Of a stretch of DNA of 64,000 nt, positions 27,728-35,543 are shown piece after piece. The stretch is from an uncultured Candidatus Sumerlaeota bacterium. Its GTDB lineage: Bacteria > Sumerlaeota > Sumerlaeia > MVZB01 > JAJFLK01. The DNA is taken from NCBI GenBank assembly GCA_964598765.1, contig CAZRCZ010000016.1, positions 50,595 through 114,594 on the forward strand, written 5' to 3'. Numbering within the stretch: position 1 is the stretch's first letter; each line of letters opens with the position of its first letter. The position numbers and the translations under genes are program-made. A model generated the notes under the pieces. It was given only the letters and a program-made list of their open reading frames with translations, had not been told where the DNA came from and did no database searches.

Positions 27728-27890
27728 TGTCAATAGCCGTGGGTAAAACCCACGGACCCCAATCCCCCCGTTTTTATTCCGACCCTGCAGGGGTCGAACC
27801 AAATTTTTGCATTCCCGATTTATTCGACCCCTTCAGGGTCTTCCCTTGTTGCGCGCCTGTTTCCGTGGGTTTCACCCACGGCTATTGACA
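27728..27890. mobile_element. MITE-like nested palindromic element (28-bp terminal inverted repeats GTCAATAGCCGTGGGTnAAACCCACGG)
   Basis: Left end tgtcaatagccgtgggtaaaacccacgg (27728-27755) and right end ccgtgggtttcacccacggctattgaca (27863-27890) are inverted copies. Each contains its own hairpin. Two further internal hairpins (cgaccctgcaggggtcg; gaccccttcagggtc) are followed by T-runs. Confidence 0.5.
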
Positions 27891-28095
27891 TTGGACACCT
27901 TCGGCGTCCCAACCGCGTTTTATGGTATGGGCAAGAGAGGGGTCGTGTAAAATTCGGACCTGCGCCCGCCGCAAAGAACGCCAAGGAAAATTCTCACGCA
28001 GACGCGCGGAGATCGCGGGAGAGGTATCGGATTTCACGGCATTTTTGTTTGCGCGTTTCTAAATCACGACATGGACAGGTGGAAAGGCAAAGGCA

Positions 28096-28800
28096 CTATT
28101 TGGCCCAATTTCCTAAAGGATTGCGCGATGGGGGATCCAAGTCGGGGAAATAGGCTCGAAAAATGGTCAAGAGGTCGTTGTGCAACCCATCTATGTCAAT
28201 CTCATACTTTTCATGAACCACGCCATCGTTGATCTGCATTTTATCGCAACCAAAACAGAAAAGCAGATCATAGTGACTGCCATACTGGTCCAAAATGTGG
28301 ACGACGATATCGGCCTCGAACACACAGGCTTTAATCACGTTGTCCTCGGGGAGGCCGCCGGGGGATATTCCGTACAAGATCGAATTGGAAAGAACTTTGG
28401 CGAGATCAAGACCTGACTCCGCCGACATTTTGACGGGACCCTTCCGAACTCTGAGATGCTTCAGCATCCACGCGTCTTGTCCCACCTCGATGGCTTTCAG
28501 GCTTTTTTGATCAAGGGTATTTGTCGTCCTATCATCATCCAATTTCCGAACACGATAAACGCTCAATTCGCGAGCTTTTCGGATGTCCAGCGGCTCGAAA
28601 TCGCCGTAAAATCGGCGGAAAAGATCGCTTCGGCAATCTCTGCAGATCCTGTTCTGGGATCTTTTGGCTGGTCTCGTTAGCGGGCTGAAGTTGATCCATC
28701 CTGCTTCCGTCATTCCGAGAGCAACGCCCAATCCAAATACAATCACCAGCAGGAGAAAATTAATCGCTTTGCGGTTGGCCCTCTTTTCAAAACCACTCAT
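28096..28800 (-). CDS. single-pass membrane protein of unknown function (low-GC cassette gene 3)
   Basis: N-terminal TM (AINFLLLVIVFGLGVALGM) followed by a ~200-aa domain with no recognisable motif. GC is clearly lower than the surrounding genome. Confidence 0.55.
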   Translation of the reverse strand: MSGFEKRANRKAINFLLLVIVFGLGVALGMTEAGWINFSPLTRPAKRSQNRICRDCRSDLFRRFYGDFEPLDIRKARELSVYRVRKLDDDRTTNTLDQKSLKAIEVGQDAWMLKHLRVRKGPVKMSAESGLDLAKVLSNSILYGISPGGLPEDNVIKACVFEADIVVHILDQYGSHYDLLFCFGCDKMQINDGVVHEKYEIDIDGLHNDLLTIFRAYFPDLDPPSRNPLGNWAK

Positions 28801-28842
28801 GCGAAGCTGAACCCTTCCGTTTGTTCGGAGAGGTATTGATCA

Positions 28843-29415
28843 TCAAACAGATTTTTGTGCCTGAAAAAGTAAATCAATACCTTCATCAAGACTGTTCAGA
28901 CGCTTCTTGAGCGCAATGGATCGGTCAAAACTCACTACGTCTTCGGGCGCGCAATCCCGTAGAAGTTTCTTCAAGTCGGCGAGAGATTTGACGGTGTAAA
29001 ATACCCCGCGAGGCGAGAGGTAAACTAGCGCCTTCTTCCCTTGCTCGACGAGTTTCACGACGCTGTTCAGCGTTCCTTTGCTCTTGCCGTCCCATATCGC
29101 AAATCCGCAATCCGCCTCGTCGCACATTCGTGAATCCTTCTGGCTGTAGAACGCGAAATCCTTCTCGGCACGCTCCGATTTCACGGCGACGACTTCCCAA
29201 TGACCGACATTGTTTCGAGGGTCGCCGTTCATGCAGTAAATCCTTACGTTTGCATAACGCCTACGCGCGAAGTATTGTTGAACAATGCGGTCCGCTCCAT
29301 TGGCGTCGCCGACCAAAACTGTCATACCCCGCTCAATAATGTTGTCCAATCTTTTTTGGGACTCAGGACTCAACCTTGAAATCCGCCTCGATCCCTGAAT
29401 GAAAACGCGCTTCAT
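28843..29415 (-). CDS. SLOG-superfamily (DUF2493/YpsA-like, DprA/LOG-type Rossmann) protein
   Basis: MKRVFIQGSRRISRL...GMTVLVGDANGADRIVQQY...AIWDGKSKGTLNSVVKLVEQGKKALVY follows the DUF2493 pattern (VxxGGARGADRLA...PGGRGTADMVRRA). Overlaps the upstream gene by 4 bp. Confidence 0.55.
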   Translation of the reverse strand: MKRVFIQGSRRISRLSPESQKRLDNIIERGMTVLVGDANGADRIVQQYFARRRYANVRIYCMNGDPRNNVGHWEVVAVKSERAEKDFAFYSQKDSRMCDEADCGFAIWDGKSKGTLNSVVKLVEQGKKALVYLSPRGVFYTVKSLADLKKLLRDCAPEDVVSFDRSIALKKRLNSLDEGIDLLFQAQKSV

Positions 29416-30083
29416 CGTTTGCTCCTCGTGTGCGTCAGGGCAAGGAAATATACGGAGGATGCTCTCCCCTGATTCAAAATAGTAGCGGTGGCGGATCGTG
29501 CGGTTGCTCCGGATCGGTAAAGATCGTCGAAAAGGAGGATTTGCCTTCCCTCCATCAATTCCTTGGAGGCGCGAAAGGCGTTCTTAAGAAGCTCGATCCG
29601 CGCCTGAAAATCAAGAATATCCTTTAGCTGGGGAGTGTCCTTGATCTTGATGAGACATTCGACGCAACAAGAAACGGCAAGTCCCCTTGCCAAACGATCC
29701 GCGATGAGCGAGACAGGCTGAATATTTCGGAAGGGATTGGAAGGGGGCACGGGTACGACGAGATCGGGCCGCCAATTCCTCCTTACACAAAACGCAACGG
29801 CGGATTCAACGATTGCGCCGACGACCGAGAAGTCCCCCTTATACTTCAACCGATAAAGCGCTTCGCCGATCTCGCTTCGTTTGGTGTCGAACATTTCGTG
29901 TCCAAACTCATCGTAGCCCAAAAAACCACTTGAGATCGTATGAACGTCAAGAGCGAATCCCTCCCTCCATTCGCCCGCACGAAGTTTCCTTTCCGTGTGG
30001 TTGAGCATACTTCTTTTTCGCGCTAGGTATCCTCGTTGCATCCGGAATATAGGCAGTTTCGCGGAAACAGGGCGATCAGCCAT
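29412..30083 (-). CDS. ComF-like type I phosphoribosyltransferase domain protein
   Basis: PRPP-binding loop ILLFDDLYRSGATARSATATIL (cf. type I PRTase VLLVDDVLTTGATL). ComF-like upstream block DLVVPVPPSNPFRNIQPVSLIADRLARGL. Lacks a ComF N-terminal zinc finger. Confidence 0.65.
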   Translation of the reverse strand: MADRPVSAKLPIFRMQRGYLARKRSMLNHTERKLRAGEWREGFALDVHTISSGFLGYDEFGHEMFDTKRSEIGEALYRLKYKGDFSVVGAIVESAVAFCVRRNWRPDLVVPVPPSNPFRNIQPVSLIADRLARGLAVSCCVECLIKIKDTPQLKDILDFQARIELLKNAFRASKELMEGRQILLFDDLYRSGATARSATATILNQGRASSVYFLALTHTRSKR

Positions 30084-30120
30084 TGGGCGGGATGCAATCC
30101 CGACCTAATAAGTTTTTAAA

Positions 30121-31563
30121 TTACTTTGCCTGTTGAATCTTATTCAACTCCGCCTTGACCTTGTCCACGTCCGCCACCATCGGTTGGTCCACGAGTTTGC
30201 CGTCGGCGCTGAGTTTTTTGGCCATCAGGGTCTGGAGAATGACCGGATGCGGTTTTTCCTGCGCGTCGGGGAATTTGCCGAGCACGTGGCCGTCCTTGAT
30301 GTTCAATCCCAGTTTCTCATCCGCGATGACGCAATGCGACCAAGCGTTCAACATTTCGTTCTCGGTCCATTCTCCCCTCCGGACTTCCAAATCGGGATGT
30401 TTGACTTCCGGGTTGCTGGCGGAATTGTTGTAGTGCGCCGTCGTGCGGATGCCGGAACCCTTCGGCGCAAAGATCGGCTCGGCCAGCCAGTAATTGGATT
30501 GCCACTGCCAACTGTAGCGCGGAACGTCGGTGATGAGTTTCTTCGTTCCGTCGGTCAGGACGTTTTCCATCGTGTATTTGAAACCGCGCAGATGCATGTG
30601 CGCGCCACTGCTCAGGATGAGCGTGTCGTAGAGGAGATTGGCTTCCGCCGAGAGGACGTAATCCTCCTGATTCGGCTTGATGTCAATGTCGTTGTCCACG
30701 CCGATCAAGCCGACGATCCGCACGCGCTTGTCAATCCGTCCTTGCGCGAATTTCACACCGAACATGATGTGGTCGGTCATTTCCTTGTCCCTGCCGTTGT
30801 AGTGGACCTGAATCGCCAGATTCGATCCCTTGGGAAGAAGATACGCAGTCCCATCGGGATAGCGCATCGGACGGCAACCGGGAAGGAAACTGCCGATGTA
30901 ATCGCCGCCGGGAGTCGCCGCCTGTCCGATGACGTCGCCGGAGCCGTTGTTCTTGAAGGGCTTGGGGGAAAGGGCGAGGTTGGCGTGGTGGATGACCCCC
31001 TGCGCCGTGCCGCGAATTTCCCACTCTTGGATCCACAGGTCTTCGGTCAGCGCGGAAGTGTCGAAAACAAATCCCTTGTAGCCGATGTCAATATCCCTTG
31101 CGTTGGCGGGGATTGTAAAATCTTGCGTGGCGTGGAAAATCAAATCGGGCTTGCCCATCGTCCAAGTCTCCTTGTATTCGGGAGCCTTGGGGGCGTCGGT
31201 GAGGTTGCCCAGCGGGGAACCTTGATCCACCCACTTGGCGATGGTTTGAATTTGCGCCGAACTGAGGCTTCGGTCCTCCTTGTATTTCATCTTGCTTGAG
31301 TCGGGATGCCACGGCGGCATGGTCTTATCCAACACGGCTTTCTTGATGGATTTCGCCCAAGGACGGACCTCTTCGTAGCTCATCAGCGACATGGGGCCGA
31401 TTTCGCCCGCGTGGTGGCATGAGGCACAGTTGTTGTAGATAATCGGCGCGACGTCCTTGGCGAACGTGACTCCCGCCGGGGCGTTGTCATCGGCCTTCGC
31501 CAGCGTGGCGGCGAACAAGATGCCGGCGGTCCCGATCCAATTTTTCAATTTCATGGTCCTCAT
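30121..31563 (-). CDS. secreted PSCyt1-type cytochrome c domain protein with possible copper type II monooxygenase-like C-terminal region
   Basis: Signal peptide. FAKDVAPIIYNNCASCHH heme-binding CxxCH in a PSCyt1-like context. Downstream His clusters (VIHHANL, HYNG, AHMHLRG, NEML) resemble the CuH/CuM sites of DBH/PHM-type monooxygenases. This assignment is tentative. Confidence 0.5.
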   Translation of the reverse strand: MRTMKLKNWIGTAGILFAATLAKADDNAPAGVTFAKDVAPIIYNNCASCHHAGEIGPMSLMSYEEVRPWAKSIKKAVLDKTMPPWHPDSSKMKYKEDRSLSSAQIQTIAKWVDQGSPLGNLTDAPKAPEYKETWTMGKPDLIFHATQDFTIPANARDIDIGYKGFVFDTSALTEDLWIQEWEIRGTAQGVIHHANLALSPKPFKNNGSGDVIGQAATPGGDYIGSFLPGCRPMRYPDGTAYLLPKGSNLAIQVHYNGRDKEMTDHIMFGVKFAQGRIDKRVRIVGLIGVDNDIDIKPNQEDYVLSAEANLLYDTLILSSGAHMHLRGFKYTMENVLTDGTKKLITDVPRYSWQWQSNYWLAEPIFAPKGSGIRTTAHYNNSASNPEVKHPDLEVRRGEWTENEMLNAWSHCVIADEKLGLNIKDGHVLGKFPDAQEKPHPVILQTLMAKKLSADGKLVDQPMVADVDKVKAELNKIQQAK

Positions 31564-31723
31564 CTCCTCGTCCTTAAAGACTCCGTCAATTGCCCAACAC
31601 GGCGGGGAAAGTCAAGAGCCATTTCCCTTGCAATTCCAATTTCCCAATCTACCCGCAGACCGGCGGTTTTGGCAATGGGAAAACAGTGATCAAAGCAGAC
31701 GGAAATTAGAACGCAACCCAAAT

Positions 31724-32527
31724 TCAAGTGGAGATGAATTTTGGCGATTGGCCCAGAAACCGGCAGGGATTGCGGAAAATCAACCGCTCAATCGCGTCGG
31801 CGGTGTGGCCGCGCCGCTTCATTTCCAACGCGAGTTTGGGAACGGCCAGCGGATCGCTTACGCCCCAATCGCAGGCGGAGTTCGCCCAAATCCGGTCCAA
31901 GCCGTAAATCTCGATCAAATCCACCGCGCGGGGTTGGGTGCATTTGGTTTCGGGATAGAGCGTGATGCCCCCCCAAAGTCCGGCGTCTAGGACCATCCCC
32001 GCCGTGTGTTCCTCTATGTGGTCAATCAGAACTTTATCGGGCGAAATCCGCGAATCACGTTTGATAATGTCCACGATCAGGCGCGTCCCCTTGTGCTTGT
32101 CTTCCAGATGCGGCGTGTGAACAAGAACAAGACAACGAAATTTGGCGGCAAGATCGAGGTGTTCCTGAAAAACGGTGATTTCATTCCGGCTGTTTTTGTT
32201 GAGGCCGATCTCGCCGATGCCGAGAACGTTCGACTTGCCCATGAATTCCGGGATGATCCCCATGACCTCGCGCGCCAGACCAACGTCCTCGGCTTCTTTC
32301 GGATTGATGCAGAGCCACGTATAATGATGGATTCCGAACTTAGCCGCACGCGTCGGCTCGTATTCGGTGAGCAGGCGGAAATAATCGTAAAACCCCTTAG
32401 CGGAACTCCGGTCGTATCCCGCCCAAAACGCCGGTTCGGTCACCGCCACACACCCCGCCACCGCCATTTTTTGGTAATCGTCGGTTGTCCGCGAAACCAT
32501 GTGGGCGTGGGGTTCGATGTAGCGCAT
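31724..32527 (-). CDS. TatD-family/amidohydrolase-fold metal-dependent hydrolase
   Basis: N-terminal YIEPHAHM (HxH metal-binding motif) and TIM-barrel hydrolase-like length (267 aa). Confidence 0.65.
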   Translation of the reverse strand: MRYIEPHAHMVSRTTDDYQKMAVAGCVAVTEPAFWAGYDRSSAKGFYDYFRLLTEYEPTRAAKFGIHHYTWLCINPKEAEDVGLAREVMGIIPEFMGKSNVLGIGEIGLNKNSRNEITVFQEHLDLAAKFRCLVLVHTPHLEDKHKGTRLIVDIIKRDSRISPDKVLIDHIEEHTAGMVLDAGLWGGITLYPETKCTQPRAVDLIEIYGLDRIWANSACDWGVSDPLAVPKLALEMKRRGHTADAIERLIFRNPCRFLGQSPKFIST

Positions 32528-32536
32528 AGGCTAGAG

Positions 32537-32564
32537 GGATGAAGGATGAAGGATGAAGGATGAA
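32537..32564. repeat. heptanucleotide tandem repeat (GGATGAA)x4
   Basis: ggatgaaggatgaaggatgaaggatgaa lies directly upstream of (10 bp from) the TatD-like start codon, on its 5' side. Confidence 0.8.
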
Positions 32565-32607
32565 TTAGGAAGAAGCGCGGAGCCTTTCGCTTGGCGGGCG
32601 TCGTTCT

Positions 32608-32970
32608 TCATTGTTTTGCCTTCCGACTTTGTGGTTCGGATTTTCGTCGAGAATCGTAGGCTCCCACGGCTCCCTTCATTCCCGCCGCCGATGCAAGCGG
32701 CGCTTCGGTCGGATCGCTGAAGATCATCTGGACGGCTTTGGCTTTGTCTTTGGTTTTGCCCGCCACGAGGGCTAGGCCCTTCTTCAAACTCTCCATGCGG
32801 AAATCCGGGGCCGATTCGCCGTGAACGGCGGCGGCGCGCTCGACACGATCCAAAAACGCGGCGATTTCGATTAATTTGGCTCGGGCGTCAAGGAAATAGA
32901 GATCAACGATTCCCCTCGAAGGGAGAGGGGAAGAATTGATTTTTCCATTGCGGCTCGGTGGTCGGGACAT
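32608..32970 (-). CDS. hypothetical small protein (start uncertain)
   Basis: The C-terminal 100 aa of ORF 32608-33075 look protein-like (VDLYFLDARAKLIEIAAFLDRVERAA...). The N-terminal extension is probably not translated. Confidence 0.3.
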   Translation of the reverse strand: MSRPPSRNGKINSSPLPSRGIVDLYFLDARAKLIEIAAFLDRVERAAAVHGESAPDFRMESLKKGLALVAGKTKDKAKAVQMIFSDPTEAPLASAAGMKGAVGAYDSRRKSEPQSRKAKQ

Positions 32971-33059
32971 CATGTCGTTCCTTGTTGTTGGGGTCGGGAT
33001 TTTGCCATGCGGCAAAAATATCCTTGGGATTCTATCACTTCCTCTTGGAGTCTTCACCC

Positions 33060-33938
33060 TCATCGTTTGGAACATTTTAGAATTGCGGAAATCACGGCGT
33101 CGGGGTTTTCCATCGGGAGAAAATGGGAACTGCGCGGAACCACGCTCAATTCGGCGTCCGGCAGGGCGTCGCGGACTTTTTCAAGCGGCGCGAGCGTCTT
33201 TTTGACTCCTTCGGGCGCATCGTGTGAATCGCCGCGCAACAAAAGAATCGGAATTTGGATTTGCGACAAGAGCGGCCACGGGTCCAAGGCATGGCTTCCG
33301 AGATAACATTGCGCCTCGGTCTCCGGAGGGCACTTTAGCTTGACGCCTCCCTCCGGTAAATTCTCCGTTCCGCGCTCGACGAACAGCTCAAGTTGGTCCT
33401 TCCGCCACGTCTTGAACGGAAATTTCTCCCGATAGGAAGCGATCATTTCCTCGCGGGAATTCCACACCGCGCGTCGCTTGAGCGCGCCTGCGGCCATCGG
33501 ATGGGTTTGACGGTTCGGCTGAATCCGATACATCGCCGGCTCCAAAATGATGGGGTCAATCAGGACGGCGCGTCCGATAATACCCGGATGGCGGCCTTCG
33601 GCGAGAAGGATCGTCGTTGCGCCCATCGAATGGCCGACGCAGAGCGGTTTTGAGAGATGAAGGGTTTGGATGAACGCCGCCAAATCGTCGCCCAGCGTCG
33701 GCCAATCAAATCGCCCGGAGGTTTTGTCCGAGTCGCCATGCCCGCGCAAATCCAATGCGTAGGAATGAGACCGATCGCGCAGGGCTTCGGCGTAGGGAAG
33801 CCACATCGAAGCCAGCAGGCCGGTTCCGTGGATAAAAATGATCGGCGACAGATCGTCTCCGCCGAAATCGAGATAATGGTGGCGCGAGCCATTGAGTTCG
33901 AGAAAGCGGCTATAGGGTTGCAGTGGAGCTGGGTTCAT
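33060..33938 (-). CDS. alpha/beta hydrolase fold protein
   Basis: HGTG oxyanion region (IIFIHGTGLLASMW) and nucleophile elbow CVGHSMGA. Start taken at the internal Met (MNPAPLQPY) to avoid a 32-bp overlap with the upstream gene. Confidence 0.7.
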   Translation of the reverse strand: MNPAPLQPYSRFLELNGSRHHYLDFGGDDLSPIIFIHGTGLLASMWLPYAEALRDRSHSYALDLRGHGDSDKTSGRFDWPTLGDDLAAFIQTLHLSKPLCVGHSMGATTILLAEGRHPGIIGRAVLIDPIILEPAMYRIQPNRQTHPMAAGALKRRAVWNSREEMIASYREKFPFKTWRKDQLELFVERGTENLPEGGVKLKCPPETEAQCYLGSHALDPWPLLSQIQIPILLLRGDSHDAPEGVKKTLAPLEKVRDALPDAELSVVPRSSHFLPMENPDAVISAILKCSKR

Positions 33939-33960
33939 CGCGGAGTTCGCAAGTCTTGCA

Positions 33961-35517
33961 TCAATCTGGCAGAGTGCCGGAGATCGGCTCAAGAATCACC
34001 ATATATTTAATCCCCGAATCCATCGTCTTACTGACACGATAATTGGAAAACAGGGCGTCCACCATGGGTGCGGGTAGTGGATTTTCCTTTGAGCGAGCCA
34101 ACAGATTCGATTGAAGGATGGCCAGTTTGAACTCTCTTTTTTGCAGGCGCTCAATCACTTCGCCGTCCCGAATTCGATCCCGGATGCTCAATTCGATGAA
34201 CTGCGCAAAGTCGTTCAAGGTAGGGGGCGCGGGCCGCGCGACGGCCAAATACGGATAAGAGGTCAGGATGGGCGCTTCGTAGGTCTGAAGGAAGGCCATG
34301 ATTTCCGGCGTCTTCCATGATTGAACGACGTTTTGAGAATTGAGAACCACGCTCCGCGTTCCATAGAATCCGTCCTTGAGGACAATGAAATAGATGATCA
34401 AGGCAAGCACGATTTCCCGCGCGATTCTCCATTTCTTTCCGCGCGCGTACCATAGTTGACGGCATCCCAACGCGAGCGCGATACAAGCCAAGGCATAACT
34501 TTCCAAAAAATAGCTCGTCCCCGCGCCGACGTTCAGACATTGAATCAACGTCATCCCCAAGCCGATCAACACGGCGAGGGAAAATAGACTCTCATTGCTT
34601 TCATCCGAACGGCGAACGAGTCTTCGCACCGACAGCGCGACGGCCAAGAGAACTACGATCATGGGAACAGGCCCGATGCGCCGCAAAATTTCGGCCAGAT
34701 TTTGCCAACGCATCCCGTTGGCCGCGCCGGAAACGACGTTCAGAAACAGCATCCCATTTGAAATGTGATTCAAGACAATCGCCAGAATGAGATTGAACGC
34801 GAAAAAAACCGACAATGCTCCGAGGGCTTGACGCCATCCTCTCCCGCGCAATATCCAAAATCCCAAGATGAAACACATCCCCAAACTCGCAGGCTTGAGC
34901 CAAAGCGAGATTGAAAGACAAAGCAACGCGAACGCAACGCGACGAAGCGTTGGTGGTCCTCCCAAGGCGATCCAAAACGCGAGGAGAGAGAAGAAAACCT
35001 GCGGCGCGTCGGGACGGTAACTCGCGGCAAATTCCGCGTTGGTTTCCCAACCGAAAAAAAGCGCGACCGCCGGAATTAGCCAAAGCCCCGACATTCCCAA
35101 CCGCCGTTGAATCCCGGCGATCAGAACCCCGATCCCGGCAAGGTTGAGCAACGATTGAAGCCGACCAATGGAATAAATTGACCGAGGATGGGGATGGGAC
35201 GAAATCAACCGCGCCGCCCATCCCACAGGATAATAGGTCAGCGGCGCGTAGGGCGCAAAGGCATGAGGCCAATGCCTCCAATTCTGATAAACCGGCTTGC
35301 CTTGTGCGGCGTCATAAGCCCGCGCGACGACCGCCCCTTCTGGATACGAAAAATCCACGGCGACCGGAAGATGCAGAAGGAGCCAAACCCAAACGCATAC
35401 CAATCGCGCCGCCAAAAGCAAAAGAAGAATCGGCCCCAAATATCGGCGGCGAAAATCTTTCCACCCATTGACGAATTTCGAGATTCCGAATCGAGTTGAG
35501 GAAGCGGAGGTTGACAT
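33961..35517 (-). CDS. polytopic membrane protein, putative GT-C-type glycosyltransferase
   Basis: More than 10 predicted TM helices with large extracytoplasmic loops. Architecture is like ArnT/PMT-type GT-C enzymes. No unambiguous catalytic motif identified. Confidence 0.45.
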   Translation of the reverse strand: MSTSASSTRFGISKFVNGWKDFRRRYLGPILLLLLAARLVCVWVWLLLHLPVAVDFSYPEGAVVARAYDAAQGKPVYQNWRHWPHAFAPYAPLTYYPVGWAARLISSHPHPRSIYSIGRLQSLLNLAGIGVLIAGIQRRLGMSGLWLIPAVALFFGWETNAEFAASYRPDAPQVFFSLLAFWIALGGPPTLRRVAFALLCLSISLWLKPASLGMCFILGFWILRGRGWRQALGALSVFFAFNLILAIVLNHISNGMLFLNVVSGAANGMRWQNLAEILRRIGPVPMIVVLLAVALSVRRLVRRSDESNESLFSLAVLIGLGMTLIQCLNVGAGTSYFLESYALACIALALGCRQLWYARGKKWRIAREIVLALIIYFIVLKDGFYGTRSVVLNSQNVVQSWKTPEIMAFLQTYEAPILTSYPYLAVARPAPPTLNDFAQFIELSIRDRIRDGEVIERLQKREFKLAILQSNLLARSKENPLPAPMVDALFSNYRVSKTMDSGIKYMVILEPISGTLPD

Positions 35518-35543
35518 GTATCTCGGACTGATCGCGAAATGGC

